From a virus (taxonomy: Duplodnaviria; Caudoviricetes): DNA of 62,155 bases. The stretch's first letter is position 1, and each line of letters opens with the position of its first letter. Both the position numbers and the translations under genes were made by a program. Under the pieces are notes generated by a model. The model saw only the letters and a list, made by a program, of their open reading frames with translations. It did not search any database and had not been told where the DNA came from. Shown piece after piece: positions 9,417 to 19,839 of this stretch. The stretch lies in IMG/VR virus record IMGVR_UViG_3300037424_001375, positions 1 to 62,155 of that record. One strand, 5' to 3'.

Positions 9417-10481
9417 ATGATCCACTACCGCGCGGCTCTCGATTCGCTGACGGTAACCGGCGGCAATGGTACCGTCCGCGCGCTCGACGACTTCACCGGC
9501 ACCGGCAACCGCTACGAGTTCCGGCCTGACGGCTACGCGCAGCGCGGCTGCCTCCGGTACATCGTGCCGGCGTACGCCGGCGTCGATGGCGAGGCGATCA
9601 AGGGGTTTGCGCTCAGCTCGCGGCGGTTCCGGCCCGTGGCTGGCTGGCCGCTGCCGGGACCGTTCTTCGGCCGGCTCCGGATGCGGATCGCGCCCGGACA
9701 GACCCTCATCCCGGCCGCTGGGGCGCCGGCGGATGGCGAGTTCAAGTTCTTCATCCGGGCCGCGGGCGCCTACGACGGCGACCAGCGCCACATGCTGATG
9801 CTCTTCTCCGGATCAGCCTACGGGTCCGGCCGCCGCGACGAGGACGGGATCCAGGTGTCGTGCCAACGCAACATCAGCCACCAGACCGAGGCGGCGCGGG
9901 GGTTCGTGCCGGCTGACGGCCAGTGGCATCACGTGCAATGGGCGTGGCGGCACGGACCGCAGGGGCAGAGTTTCCTAAAGCTCTGGATCGACACCAACGC
10001 CGTCTCGCGCCCCACCGCTCAGGATCTGGTGCTCGACCAGGTGCCGTCGGTGCCGGGGGGTACTTCAGAGTGGTTCGCGACCTCGGCGGCCTACGACGAC
10101 CAGACCTCGTTCGGGTTCTGTGCGACCACCGGCACCAGGCTCGCGCGCGACTTCGCGATCGACCTGCAAGACCTCGAGGAGGGCGACGCGTTCGATCCCG
10201 CCTGGGCGCCGCTCCCTTGGGAGAACCGTCTTCCGGACACCTATCGCGAGGGCGTGACCGAGGTGGAGGCGCTGCAGGTCCTACCGAATAACGACCCGCT
10301 GGTCCAGGCGTTCTGTCCGGCGGCCGTAGACACCGAGGAGGAGGACCCCGCCTTCCTGGTCGGCGGCGTGCGCGCCGGCCGCTTCGATTGGATCGTGCGC
10401 GACGGCGACGGGAGCTTCCGCGTGGTCCGCCGTGCCGATTTCGACGCCACCTTCACGACGGCCGCGGCTCGGACAGGCTGA
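9417..10481 (+). CDS. Hypothetical beta-rich protein (possible lectin/ConA-like fold)
   Basis: [11 protein letters not shown]...LKLWID resembles LamG/ConA strands. Confidence 0.55.
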   Translation: MIHYRAALDSLTVTGGNGTVRALDDFTGTGNRYEFRPDGYAQRGCLRYIVPAYAGVDGEAIKGFALSSRRFRPVAGWPLPGPFFGRLRMRIAPGQTLIPAAGAPADGEFKFFIRAAGAYDGDQRHMLMLFSGSAYGSGRRDEDGIQVSCQRNISHQTEAARGFVPADGQWHHVQWAWRHGPQGQSFLKLWIDTNAVSRPTAQDLVLDQVPSVPGGTSEWFATSAAYDDQTSFGFCATTGTRLARDFAIDLQDLEEGDAFDPAWAPLPWENRLPDTYREGVTEVEALQVLPNNDPLVQAFCPAAVDTEEEDPAFLVGGVRAGRFDWIVRDGDGSFRVVRRADFDATFTTAAARTG

Positions 10482-12445
10482 TGGCGACGATCGGGAACGA
10501 ACTCACCGGCGGCTCGACGAGAGGGTTTACCCTCAACATCAAGGGCTACCCCGTCACCATGCTGGCGACGTGGGAAGCCGGCGTGATCCTCACCGCCGAG
10601 CTCGATGCCGTCAACGGCCAGCCCTACCGCGGGTTCATTATCGACCCGGCCGACGGCACGACCGTGCTCGCCCAGAGCGACGTCCGCACCGATTGCAGTG
10701 GGCACACGCAGTTTGTGTTCAGCGGCGGCACGCTTGCGAGCTTCGCCCCACAGAATGGCGTCACCTACTGGCTGGCGATCGGCACGACCGCTGCCTCGGG
10801 CTCGTTCTACTACGCGACGACGGGCGGGCTATCCAGCACCAACGGGATCACCGATGTCGATCCGCTGATCTGGGGCGCGGCATCAGTCCTCGCCTCTGAC
10901 GCGACGCGCGGCTACAACCTCTTCATGACCGGCACCGAGGCTGGCGGTGGGGTCTCCGCCTCAGCCTCGCTCAGCCCATCCGCGAGCCTCTCGCCGTCCG
11001 TCAGCGCGAGTGCGAGTCTGAGTCCGAGCGCCTCCCTCAGCCCCTCCGCGAGTCTCTCGCCATCGGTATCAGCCTCGGCGTCGGTGAGTCCGTCCGCCAG
11101 TCTGTCGCCCTCGGTGAGCGCCAGCGCCAGCGTCAGCCCGAGCGCCTCTCGGTCGCCTTCTGTCTCGGCGTCCGCGTCGCTCAGTCCCTCCGCGTCCCTC
11201 TCCCCGAGTGCTAGCGTCTCGCCGTCGGTGAGTGCGAGCGCGAGCGTTTCGCCATCGGCCAGCGTGAGTCCGTCGGCGTCGATCTCGCCCTCAGTCAGCG
11301 CCTCCGCGTCCCTCAGTCCCTCGGCGAGTCTGAGTCCCTCGGTGTCCGCCTCGGCGTCGGTCAGCCCGTCAGCCTCGGTCTCGCCGAGTGCGAGCGTGAG
11401 CCCGTCGGCGTCCGCGAGCGCGTCGCTCAGTCCGTCGGCCAGCGTCAGCCCGTCCGCGTCCGTCTCGCCCTCGGTGAGTGCCTCGGCGTCGCTGAGTCCC
11501 TCGGCAAGCCTGAGCCCGAGCGTGTCGGTGTCGGCCTCGGTGAGCCCCTCGGCGTCGCTGTCGCCCAGCGTGTCGGCTTCAGCCTCCCTGAGCCCGTCCG
11601 CCTCGCTGTCGCCCTCCGTCAGCGCGAGCGCCTCAGTGAGTCCGTCGGCGTCACGGTCGCCCTCGGTCAGTGCCTCCGCGTCGGTCTCGCCCAGCGCGAG
11701 CGTCTCGCCCAGTTCTGGTGGAGTCAGCGCCAGCGCGAGCGTCTCGCCCTCGGTGAGCGCCAGCGCCTCCGTCTCGCCGTCGGCCAGCGTGAGCCCCTCA
11801 GCCTCCGTCTCGCCGTCGGTCTCGGCCAGCGCGAGCCTCTCCCCTTCGGGCAGCGCCAGCCCATCGCTCAGCCCGTCGGTCTCTGCGAGCGCCTCGGTCA
11901 GCCCGTCAGGGAGTGCATCGGCGTCGCTCAGCCCCTCGGTGTCGGCCAGTGCGTCGGTGAGTCCCTCTGGATCGATGTCGGCGAGTCTCTCGCCATCGGT
12001 CTCGGCATCCGCGTCGCTGTCGCCGTCGGCGTCGATCTCGCCCAGCGTGTCGGCGAGCGCCTCTCTGAGCCCTTCCGGCTCCGCCAGTCCATCGGTCTCG
12101 CCGTCGGCCTCTCTCTCCCCGAGCGCCAGCGTGTCGCCGTCACCGGAAGCGCCCTCGACGGTCGTCACCTACGGGGATCGCTGGGGTCGGGGCACGTCGA
12201 TCGGCATGCCCCTGCGTTGGCCGTCGCGGTCGCCCTCGACCTCGCGCTCGCCGTCGGAAAGCCTCTCGCCGTCGGTCTCGCACTCGCCGTCACCGTCGCC
12301 CTCGCCGGGATTCTCGGTCTCGCCGTCGATGTCCGCGTCGCCGTCGGCCTCGGTGTCACCGTCACCGGAATCACCGATGGCGGCGCTGCTCCGGGACGAC
12401 GAGGAACTGCTCTTCATGTTGCCGCTTGTCGAGGAGGACCTGTGA
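10481..12445 (+). CDS. Probable virion protein with a very long Ser/Pro/Ala/Val repeat tract
   Basis: ~157-aa beta-rich N-domain, then ~400 aa of SPSAS(V/L/I) repeats and an acidic tail DDEELL. Confidence 0.8.
   Translation: MATIGNELTGGSTRGFTLNIKGYPVTMLATWEAGVILTAELDAVNGQPYRGFIIDPADGTTVLAQSDVRTDCSGHTQFVFSGGTLASFAPQNGVTYWLAIGTTAASGSFYYATTGGLSSTNGITDVDPLIWGAASVLASDATRGYNLFMTGTEAGGGVSASASLSPSASLSPSVSASASLSPSASLSPSASLSPSVSASASVSPSASLSPSVSASASVSPSASRSPSVSASASLSPSASLSPSASVSPSVSASASVSPSASVSPSASISPSVSASASLSPSASLSPSVSASASVSPSASVSPSASVSPSASASASLSPSASVSPSASVSPSVSASASLSPSASLSPSVSVSASVSPSASLSPSVSASASLSPSASLSPSVSASASVSPSASRSPSVSASASVSPSASVSPSSGGVSASASVSPSVSASASVSPSASVSPSASVSPSVSASASLSPSGSASPSLSPSVSASASVSPSGSASASLSPSVSASASVSPSGSMSASLSPSVSASASLSPSASISPSVSASASLSPSGSASPSVSPSASLSPSASVSPSPEAPSTVVTYGDRWGRGTSIGMPLRWPSRSPSTSRSPSESLSPSVSHSPSPSPSPGFSVSPSMSASPSASVSPSPESPMAALLRDDEELLFMLPLVEEDL
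10952..12369 (+). repeat. SPSAS-type alternating-serine coding repeat (tract 1)
   Basis: Units SPSASx and [10 protein letters not shown]; synonymous codons vary between units. Confidence 0.9.
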
Positions 12446-13434
12446 ACCGGAAGCTCAGCGTGGTCATTCCATCCCGCAACGAACGCTTTCTGCAGGCCAC
12501 AATCGACAGCCTGCTCGCCGGCGCGACCGGAGACATCGAGATCCTCGCCTGCCTGGACGGCTACTGGCCGGACCCGCCGCTCCGTGAAGATCCGCGCGTG
12601 CGCGTGCTGCACTGGAGTGAGCCGAGAGGGATGCGCCCGTCGGAGAATACGGCCATCGCGGTCGCCACCGGGGACTTCCTGATGAAGCTCGACGCCCACT
12701 GTCTCGTTGCGCCCGGCTACGACGAGGCGCTCACCGCCGCCTGCGAGCCCGGGACGCTGGTCGTGCCGACGCGGCACAGCATCGATCCCGATCGCTGGCT
12801 GACCAGCCCAGACCCGACGGCGGGCGTGGAGCGAGGCGGGGCAGTGAAGTGGCGCCACTGGAACTACCACCTCCTGACGTTCCCCTACTCGCAGACCATG
12901 TACGGGTACGGCATGCACGCCGTCACGTTTCCGTGGGACAGCAACAAGCACGTCAACGCGGCGCGCCGCGCCCACGCCGAGATCGACGACCTGATGTCGT
13001 TCCAAGGGTCCTGCTGGGTGCAACGTCGCGCGGACTTCCTCCGACTCGGGCCGCTCGACCACGAGCACTACTACTTCTATCAGGAGGCGCAAGAGGTCGG
13101 GCTTCGCGTGTGGCTGACGGGTGGACGCTGCCTCATTCACAAGGGCATCTGGTACGCGCACCTCCATAAGGGCTCAGGCGAAGGCCGCGGGTTTTATCTC
13201 TCGCTGCACCGCAAGCGCGCGTCCGAGCGATTCGCGGTGGACTTCTGGACCCAGAACCGGTGGCCAGGCCAAACGCGCACCTTCGAGTCGCTCGTCGAGC
13301 AGTTCTGGTCAGAGCTCGAAGCTCTCAGCGAGGCTGAGCCGAAGTATGCCTGGCCGGCGGACTGGCGCGAGTGGGAGAAGCATCGGATCGCCTTTGAGAC
13401 CCGGCCGCCGGACCAGATCCCGGCGCACATCTGA
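12442..13434 (+). CDS. Glycosyltransferase family 2
   Basis: [25 protein letters not shown]. Confidence 0.88.
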   Translation: MNRKLSVVIPSRNERFLQATIDSLLAGATGDIEILACLDGYWPDPPLREDPRVRVLHWSEPRGMRPSENTAIAVATGDFLMKLDAHCLVAPGYDEALTAACEPGTLVVPTRHSIDPDRWLTSPDPTAGVERGGAVKWRHWNYHLLTFPYSQTMYGYGMHAVTFPWDSNKHVNAARRAHAEIDDLMSFQGSCWVQRRADFLRLGPLDHEHYYFYQEAQEVGLRVWLTGGRCLIHKGIWYAHLHKGSGEGRGFYLSLHRKRASERFAVDFWTQNRWPGQTRTFESLVEQFWSELEALSEAEPKYAWPADWREWEKHRIAFETRPPDQIPAHI

Positions 13435-13444
13435 CGAGGCCCTC

Positions 13445-14134
13445 ATGTCAACGGAGACCCCGATCGAGACGACCACGCTCGCCCGCATCGGTTCCAGGTT
13501 CGGGCTCGACCTGACGCGGCCCTCGCCGATCGAGATAGCCAATATCGGCCGCGATGATCTCGCGCGGCTCTTCGTCGATCTAGGCTTCCGTGTCGGCGTC
13601 GAAGTGGGCGTCGAGCGCGGGCTCTACTCGGAAGTCCTCTGCCGCGCCGGCCTGCAACTGACGTGCATCGACGGCTGGCGGGCCTATCGCGGCTACCGCG
13701 ATCACGTGGACCAGGGGAAGCTCGATCGCTTTTACGAGGAGGCGTACGCGCGGCTCCGCCCGCTGGGCGCCAGGATCATGCGGAAGTTCTCGCTCGAAGC
13801 CGTGCAGGACTTCGCGGACGGCTCGCTCGATGTCGTCTACCTCGACGGGAATCACGATCTGCCGAACGTGATCGCCGACATGCACGCGTGGGGGCGGAAG
13901 GTGCGCGTCGGCGGCATCCTCGCCGGCCACGATTATGTGCGCTACCACTGGCCGAACCAGATCCACGTCGTGCAGGCCGTCAACGCCTACACGGACGCGT
14001 ACGAGATCCACCCGTGGTTTCTCGCCGGCACGAAGGCGAAGACGCCGGGCCAGACGCGCGACACAGCGCGCTCGTGGTTCTGGGTGAAACCGGCACCGCG
14101 CACGAAGACATATCGGGGCATCGTCAAACAGTGA
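13445..14134 (+). CDS. Class I SAM-dependent methyltransferase (Methyltransf_24-like)
   Basis: GVEVGVERG, LDVVYLDGNH, GGILAGHDY. Confidence 0.9.
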   Translation: MSTETPIETTTLARIGSRFGLDLTRPSPIEIANIGRDDLARLFVDLGFRVGVEVGVERGLYSEVLCRAGLQLTCIDGWRAYRGYRDHVDQGKLDRFYEEAYARLRPLGARIMRKFSLEAVQDFADGSLDVVYLDGNHDLPNVIADMHAWGRKVRVGGILAGHDYVRYHWPNQIHVVQAVNAYTDAYEIHPWFLAGTKAKTPGQTRDTARSWFWVKPAPRTKTYRGIVKQ

Positions 14135-14142
14135 GGGACAAA

Positions 14143-14361
14143 ATGGAGAACAGAGAGACGACGGAAGTCACGTGCATCGGGCGACGCCGGATCGTCGTTG
14201 GTCCTTCGGCCGAGCTTGCCGGTGCGCCGCCCGGAGGCCTGGCGCTGCGCATCGATCTCGAACGGACAGGCGGGCGGAAGAACCTCGCCACCCTCGTGCT
14301 CGAGAAGCGCGAGGCGAAGAAGCTCGCGGCGGCGATCACCCGGACGCTCAAGCGCGCGTAG
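14143..14361 (+). CDS. Hypothetical protein
   Basis: GAGG before ATG, fills the gap in the operon. Confidence 0.45.
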   Translation: MENRETTEVTCIGRRRIVVGPSAELAGAPPGGLALRIDLERTGGRKNLATLVLEKREAKKLAAAITRTLKRA

Positions 14362-14369
14362 GGTCACCG

Positions 14370-15035
14370 ATGAAGGTCACCGTCATCTCGGCGAATCTCG
14401 GCCGCTACGACCCTGACGTGCCCTGGGTGCCGCAGATCGTGCCGGCCGGCGTCACGGTCGAGGTGCATCGGCTGACGGACGCGACCTTCCCGCCGCGGCC
14501 GAAGGCGATGACGTCCGCGCTGCAGTGCGGGATTCCCAAGATGTTCGGGTGGGAGCTCTTCCCGGGCGCCGACGTCTACCTCTGGGTCGATGCCTCGCGC
14601 GCGCTCCGTCGGCCGGACACGGTCGCGTGGTTTCTGGAGCAGGCTGGCGACGCTGAGCTGCTTCTGTTTCGCCACCCCCACCGCCGGACGGTGCAGGAGG
14701 AATACGAGTTTGTGAAGGCCAAGCTCGCGGCCGGCAACCGGTATTTGACAAAGCGATACGCGGGCGAGTGGCTCGACGCGCAGGTCCGGGCGATCGTGAA
14801 CGGCGGCCTAGATCCCGCGCGTCTTCCGCTCTACGCGAGCACGGCGTTTCTCTATCGGCCGACGCTCGACGTGTGCGCCATGCTCACCGAATGGTGGCTC
14901 CACAAGTCGCGCTACCTCCTCCACGATCAACTGGCCTTGCCCTACGTCCTGAGCCGGTCCCAGATCCAGGCGAAGGCGATCGACGACGACGTCTACGCCT
15001 GCCCGCATCTGCCAATTGTCAGGGGGAAGCGATGA
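14370..15035 (+). CDS. DUF616-like putative glycosyltransferase
   Basis: SANLGRYD, PKMF, YLWVDAS, FRHPHR, HDQLALPYVL. Confidence 0.78.
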   Translation: MKVTVISANLGRYDPDVPWVPQIVPAGVTVEVHRLTDATFPPRPKAMTSALQCGIPKMFGWELFPGADVYLWVDASRALRRPDTVAWFLEQAGDAELLLFRHPHRRTVQEEYEFVKAKLAAGNRYLTKRYAGEWLDAQVRAIVNGGLDPARLPLYASTAFLYRPTLDVCAMLTEWWLHKSRYLLHDQLALPYVLSRSQIQAKAIDDDVYACPHLPIVRGKR

Positions 15036-15349
15036 GTGAAACCGTGTGGATTCCGACCATCAACGAATCAGCAGGACGGCGGGTCAGGGCGCTAAGGATT
15101 ACACCCGAACTGGTCTTTGGCACGATCCGGGCGTTTTGCGAAGGGCCGCGAACCTTCTCGGCGAGTGGCCTCCCCGCCGATGCAAGATTCGTCAGGGCGT
15201 ACATGGACAACCACCGCTTCATTGTCCTCGAAATTGAAAGCGAGACGTTCGCTGTGGTTCATCCTGGAAACGAACCACCTCAGGCAGAAACCGTGTGTTT
15301 CACTGAGCACTTTCCCGAATCTCCGCACGTTAAGAAGGCGCAAGGATGA
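15032..15349 (+). CDS. Hypothetical protein (lower-GC insert)
   Basis: ATGA overlaps at both ends. Confidence 0.55.
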   Translation: MSETVWIPTINESAGRRVRALRITPELVFGTIRAFCEGPRTFSASGLPADARFVRAYMDNHRFIVLEIESETFAVVHPGNEPPQAETVCFTEHFPESPHVKKAQG

Positions 15350-16071
15350 AGGGCCTCACCCTGCTCTACTACACCGCGAATCGGATCAGCTACGCGTTCA
15401 TGCACATGATCAGGGCTGAGCTTCCATCAACCGTCGTGGTGCAAGACCAGGAGGCACCCGCCGAAGTTGTGGCGTCCTTCCCGCCTATCGTCACCGTCAC
15501 GCAGAAGCCAGATCAATGGGGGCAGAACATCTGCGTCGGCCCCATCGGCGCGTCGATCTACAACTGCTACCGCCAGATTCTCATCGGGGCGCAGGCGGCC
15601 ACGACGCCGTACGTCGCCTGCATCGAAGACGACACACTCTACGTGCCCGAGCACTTTGCGCACCGGCCCACGGCGGATGACGTCATCACGTACAACCGCA
15701 ATCGCTGGGTGCTCTGCGCCGATGGCACGTTCTACTTTCGCGCGCGCACGCAGATGGCCATGTGCCTCGCCCCCCGCGCGCTCCTCATCGAGACGCTTGA
15801 AGAACGGTTTCGGAGGTGGCCCGAGCCAATCACGGACGAAGCCGCGAAAGCCGCAGGCTGGGGCGAGCCCGGGCGCTACGAGCGCCACATGGGGCTGACG
15901 CCGCGGCGGCGGGAGTACTTCACGACGGCGCAGCCCTGCGTGACGGTCAACCATCAGCGCGGCCTGATGGGCGTGCGGAAGGGGCAGCCGACCGATACCG
16001 TCGTCCGCACACTGGAACCATGGGGCGACGGCGCGGCGCTCTGGGCGCGGCTGGTGGGAAAGGATCGCTGA
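15346..16071 (+). CDS. GT-A fold glycosyltransferase-like protein
   Basis: LYYTAN, YRQILIG, VACIEDDTLY, GWGEPG; similar to the C-terminal domain of 18016-19839. Confidence 0.7.
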   Translation: MKGLTLLYYTANRISYAFMHMIRAELPSTVVVQDQEAPAEVVASFPPIVTVTQKPDQWGQNICVGPIGASIYNCYRQILIGAQAATTPYVACIEDDTLYVPEHFAHRPTADDVITYNRNRWVLCADGTFYFRARTQMAMCLAPRALLIETLEERFRRWPEPITDEAAKAAGWGEPGRYERHMGLTPRRREYFTTAQPCVTVNHQRGLMGVRKGQPTDTVVRTLEPWGDGAALWARLVGKDR

Positions 16072-17105
16072 TGGCGTCCTACGACTACCTCATCGTCGGC
16101 GCCGGCTTCGCCGGTGCGGTCTGTGCCGAACGGTTGGCCGCGGCGGGTCGCCGGGTGCTCGTCATCGACCAACGCGCCCATGTCGGCGGGAACGCGTACG
16201 ACGAGGTCAACGCCGTCGGGATCCGCGTGCATCGCTACGGCGCCCATGTCTTTCACGCGAACAACTCGCGGGTCGTGGACTATCTGTCTCGCTTCACGGC
16301 GTGGTGGCCTTACGAGCACCGCGTGCTCGCGACCCTGGAGGATGGTCGGTATGTGCCGGTGCCGATCAACGACACGACGCTCGACGCCTTCGGCGGCGAC
16401 CTGTGTGCGGCGCGTCGGGCGCTGTACGAGCCCTACACGCGGAAACAATGGGGCGAGGCGGCGGCAGAACTCCTCCCGACGGTGCTCGCGCGAGTGGCGC
16501 CGCGCCCTGGTCGTGATGATCGCTACTTCACCGACCGCTTCCAGGCCATGCCGGCGGACGGCTACGCCCGGCTCTTCGAGCGGATCCTGGACCACCCGAA
16601 CATCACCGTCCAGCTCGAAACGCCCTACGCGGTCACCGCCGCATCCCCGACGGCCTTCGGCGCCCTCATCTGGTCGGGCGCGATCGACGTCTTCTTCGAC
16701 CGCTGCCTGGGCCCGCTGCCGTACCGCTCAGCGCAGTTCGTCTTCGACACATTCTTCGGCGAGGCTCGCGTGCAACCCGTCGGCGTCGTGAACTATCCGA
16801 GCGAGAAGCTGGCGTTCACGCGGGCGATCGAGTTCAAGCACCTCACGGGACAGGTGCATCCCGATACGACCGTCGCGCTCGAGTATCCGACCGCCGACGG
16901 CGAGCCCTTCTGGCCGGTCCCGACGGCGGCCAATCTGGCGCGGTGTCGGCAGTACCAGGCCCTCGCGCGTGAGCGGCGGGACGTGCACTTCGTCGGACGG
17001 CTCGGCACCTACAAGTACATCGACATGGACGTGGCGGTGGCGCAAGCTCTGGCGCTCACGCGCACGCTCCTGAAAGGGAACACCCATGACCCCGACAGAC
17101 CATGA
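16071..17105 (+). CDS. glf: UDP-galactopyranose mutase
   Basis: IVGAGFAG, HVGGNAYD, HRYGAHVFH, YTRKQWG, RYFTDRFQAMP, LPYRS, GRLGTYKYIDMD. Confidence 0.95.
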   Translation: MASYDYLIVGAGFAGAVCAERLAAAGRRVLVIDQRAHVGGNAYDEVNAVGIRVHRYGAHVFHANNSRVVDYLSRFTAWWPYEHRVLATLEDGRYVPVPINDTTLDAFGGDLCAARRALYEPYTRKQWGEAAAELLPTVLARVAPRPGRDDRYFTDRFQAMPADGYARLFERILDHPNITVQLETPYAVTAASPTAFGALIWSGAIDVFFDRCLGPLPYRSAQFVFDTFFGEARVQPVGVVNYPSEKLAFTRAIEFKHLTGQVHPDTTVALEYPTADGEPFWPVPTAANLARCRQYQALARERRDVHFVGRLGTYKYIDMDVAVAQALALTRTLLKGNTHDPDRP

Positions 17106-17376
17106 CGACCCGATCGACCGACCCGGACCCACGGCCAGCCCCTCGCTGCCGAAACGCGCCGTCGTCGGCGCGCCGATGGCGCGCGCCTTTCCGCTGGCCA
17201 TTCAGGACGTGATGAATGGCGCGCGCATCTCGCGCGCCGCCTGGGAGGATGACCACATCCAGGTCTTTCTCCTGGACGGCCAGCTCCGGATTCGTAAGGC
17301 CGAAGGCACCGTCCACCCGCTGATCGTCTCGGACGGCGATCTGTACGCGACGGACTGGTTCATCGTCGGCGGGTAG
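17086..17376 (+). CDS. DUF2829 / Tad2-like putative anti-defence sponge protein
   Basis: F..AI..V.NG.RISRAAW ... IVSDGDLYATDW pattern. Confidence 0.6.
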   Translation: MTPTDHDDPIDRPGPTASPSLPKRAVVGAPMARAFPLAIQDVMNGARISRAAWEDDHIQVFLLDGQLRIRKAEGTVHPLIVSDGDLYATDWFIVGG

Positions 17377-17380
17377 CGCG

Positions 17381-18016
17381 ATGCCTCACCCACTCGATGA
17401 TCTGATTCGGCGCCGGTTTCGGGTCCGCCGAGACGACCTGCCGCCCTATCGCGGGTTCGCCTCGGCGAAACGCGAGCAGCTCGTCTCGCTTCTTGCCGAG
17501 GCCGGGCTGACCCGCGGCGTCGAAGTCGGCGTGCTTGACGGCGTTTTCTCCGCGATGCTCTGCGAGGGGATCCGCGGGCTGCATCTCCTCTGCGTCGATC
17601 CCTGGGCCGCCTACGGGAGCGGCTCGATCGAAAAGGCGAGCGCCGTCCAGGCTGAGGCAAGTTACGAGGCCACGCGCCGGCGGCTCGCGCCCTACCTGCG
17701 GCCTCGGCGCCACGCCGGTGCCACGACGGCGGAGCTCGTCCGGCTCCCGAGCGCGTCGGCCGTGACCACCATCCCGCTCGGGACGCTCGACTTCGTCGTG
17801 CTCGACGGCGATCACGAGTTCGACGCGACCATGCTGGCGTTGATCGAGTGGAGCCGCCGCGTGAAGTCCGGCGGCCTGATCGTGGCGCACGATTACGAGG
17901 TGGCGTACCGGGTTGGCGTCATCGAAGCCGTGCACGCCTACACACGCGCGCACGGGATCCGCGACTGGTACGTGACGCGCGACCGCGTGCCGTATGCGTT
18001 CTGGGTGAATCCGTAA
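17381..18016 (+). CDS. Class I SAM-dependent methyltransferase (Methyltransf_24-like)
   Basis: GVEVGVLDG, CVDPW, LDFVVLDGDH, GGLIVAHDY. Confidence 0.88.
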   Translation: MPHPLDDLIRRRFRVRRDDLPPYRGFASAKREQLVSLLAEAGLTRGVEVGVLDGVFSAMLCEGIRGLHLLCVDPWAAYGSGSIEKASAVQAEASYEATRRRLAPYLRPRRHAGATTAELVRLPSASAVTTIPLGTLDFVVLDGDHEFDATMLALIEWSRRVKSGGLIVAHDYEVAYRVGVIEAVHAYTRAHGIRDWYVTRDRVPYAFWVNP

Positions 18017-19839
18017 TGCCTGACCTCTCCGTCCTGATCCCAGCCCGGAACGAGATGTTCCTCGCGCGCACCATCGCCGACGTCGTGGCGAACCTGCGCG
18101 GGGACACGGAGGTGATCGCGGTGTGCGATGGCGGTTGGCCGGATCCGCCGATCGCGGACCATCCGCGCGTGCAGCTCATCTACCTACCGACGCCGATCGG
18201 GCAGCGGGCAGCGACGAACCTCGCCGCCCGCGCGAGCACGGCGCGCTACCTCATGAAGCTCGACGCGCACTGCGCGGTGGCGGAGGGCTTCGACGTCGAG
18301 CTCGTGCGCGCCGGCGACGAGCTCGGGGCAGACGTGACGCAGATTCCGCGCATGTACAACCTGCATGGATTTGATTGGGTCTGTCCCGCGTGCGGTCATC
18401 GGACGTACCAGGGACCGACGCCGGCGCGTTGCGAGAAGTGCGGTCGCGGCGTACCCGTGCGCGAGGTCCTCTGGCGGCCTCGGCTCAACCGTCTCACCGA
18501 CTTCGCGCGGTTTGACGCCGATCTGCACTTCCAGTACTGGGGCAGCTACAAGACGCGTCCCGAGGCCCAGGGCGACATCGCCGACGTGCTCAGTTCGGTC
18601 GGCGCGTGCTTCGTCATGCGCCGTGATCGCTTCTGGCGCCTCGGCGGGATGGACGAACAGCACGGGAGCTGGGGGCAGTTCGGGACGGAGATCGCCTGTA
18701 AGTCCTGGCTCTCTGGTGGACGTCAGGTCGTGAACAAGCGGACCTGGTTCGCGCACATGTTCCGCACGCAGGGCCGGGATTTCGGCTTCCCGTATCCCTT
18801 GAGCGAGCACGCCGTCACGCAGGCGCGGGCGCACTCGCGCGCGCTCTGGATCGGCGGGACCTGGGCGCACACGGTCCGCCCGCTCGCGTGGCTGATCGAG
18901 CAGTTCGCGCCCGTGCCGGACTGGACGCCCGCGGCGATCGAGGCGTGTCGGACGATGCGCACGGGGATGGCGCCGCGCCTCTCCGCGCAGCCGAGCCCGC
19001 CCCGTCCCGTCGCGTCGGAGGCCGCGATCGAGGCCGGACCTCGGCACCCCGCGCGGGCGCCGACGACCGGCCTGGTCTACTACAGCGACCTCCGGATCGA
19101 TCCGACGATCGCCCGCGCCGTTCAGGTGCAGCTTCGGCGAGCCGCTCCGGGTCTGCCGATCGCCGTCGTGACGCTCGGCCCGACCGAGTTTCGCGGCGAC
19201 GTTAATCTGGTGCTCGCGCTCGAGCGCGGCTACCTCACGATGTTTCGGCAGATCCTCGCCGGGCTCGAGGCGCTCGACACGGACCTTGCGTGTCTCGTCG
19301 AGCACGACATTCTCTACCACCCGTCGCACTTCACGTTCGTCCCGCCGACGCGCGACGTGTTCTGGTACAACCGCCACACCTGGAAGGTGGACGCGGCGAC
19401 CGGCCGGGCGCTGCACTATCTGTGCGACCAGACGTCCGGCCTCTGCGCCGACCGCGCGCTGCTCGTCGAGCACTACCGGCGCCGCGTCGCGGCGATCGAA
19501 GCCGAAGGCTACCACCGTAACTTCGGGTTTGAGCCGGGGACGAACCGCTGGTCTCGGGCGCTCGACCCGCACGAGGCTGATCACTGGTTCTCGGCGCAGC
19601 CAAACATCGACATTCGGCACCGCCAGAACCTAACGCCGTCGCGCTGGCGGCAGGATCAGTTCCGCGACCGTCGGACTTGTCAGGGCTGGACCGAGGCCGA
19701 TGAGGTGCCCGGCTGGGGCCGGACGCGCGGGCGGTTCGGCGATCTGTTGGCGACGATTCTCGGCGCGTCCACTGAACCGGCCTCCATCGACGACGTCGGC
19801 TCATCGCACGATCAGGAAGAGGAGCATCCCCATGTCTGA
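18016..19839 (+). CDS. Two-domain glycosyltransferase (GT2 with zinc-ribbon insert + second GT-A-like domain)
   Basis: [26 protein letters not shown] insert, second domain MFRQILAG...VEHDILY. Confidence 0.85.
   Translation: MPDLSVLIPARNEMFLARTIADVVANLRGDTEVIAVCDGGWPDPPIADHPRVQLIYLPTPIGQRAATNLAARASTARYLMKLDAHCAVAEGFDVELVRAGDELGADVTQIPRMYNLHGFDWVCPACGHRTYQGPTPARCEKCGRGVPVREVLWRPRLNRLTDFARFDADLHFQYWGSYKTRPEAQGDIADVLSSVGACFVMRRDRFWRLGGMDEQHGSWGQFGTEIACKSWLSGGRQVVNKRTWFAHMFRTQGRDFGFPYPLSEHAVTQARAHSRALWIGGTWAHTVRPLAWLIEQFAPVPDWTPAAIEACRTMRTGMAPRLSAQPSPPRPVASEAAIEAGPRHPARAPTTGLVYYSDLRIDPTIARAVQVQLRRAAPGLPIAVVTLGPTEFRGDVNLVLALERGYLTMFRQILAGLEALDTDLACLVEHDILYHPSHFTFVPPTRDVFWYNRHTWKVDAATGRALHYLCDQTSGLCADRALLVEHYRRRVAAIEAEGYHRNFGFEPGTNRWSRALDPHEADHWFSAQPNIDIRHRQNLTPSRWRQDQFRDRRTCQGWTEADEVPGWGRTRGRFGDLLATILGASTEPASIDDVGSSHDQEEEHPHV

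Noticed and set aside
7370-10484. GGACAGGCTGATGG at both 7370 and 10471
   Set aside because: 14-bp stop/start junction match; it would bracket the essential portal gene, so not treated as a cassette boundary
10912-12168. Acidic repeat ORF on the minus strand (also 24274-24642 and 27979-28734)
   Set aside because: Antisense shadow of the SPSAS tracts inside a coupled plus-strand operon
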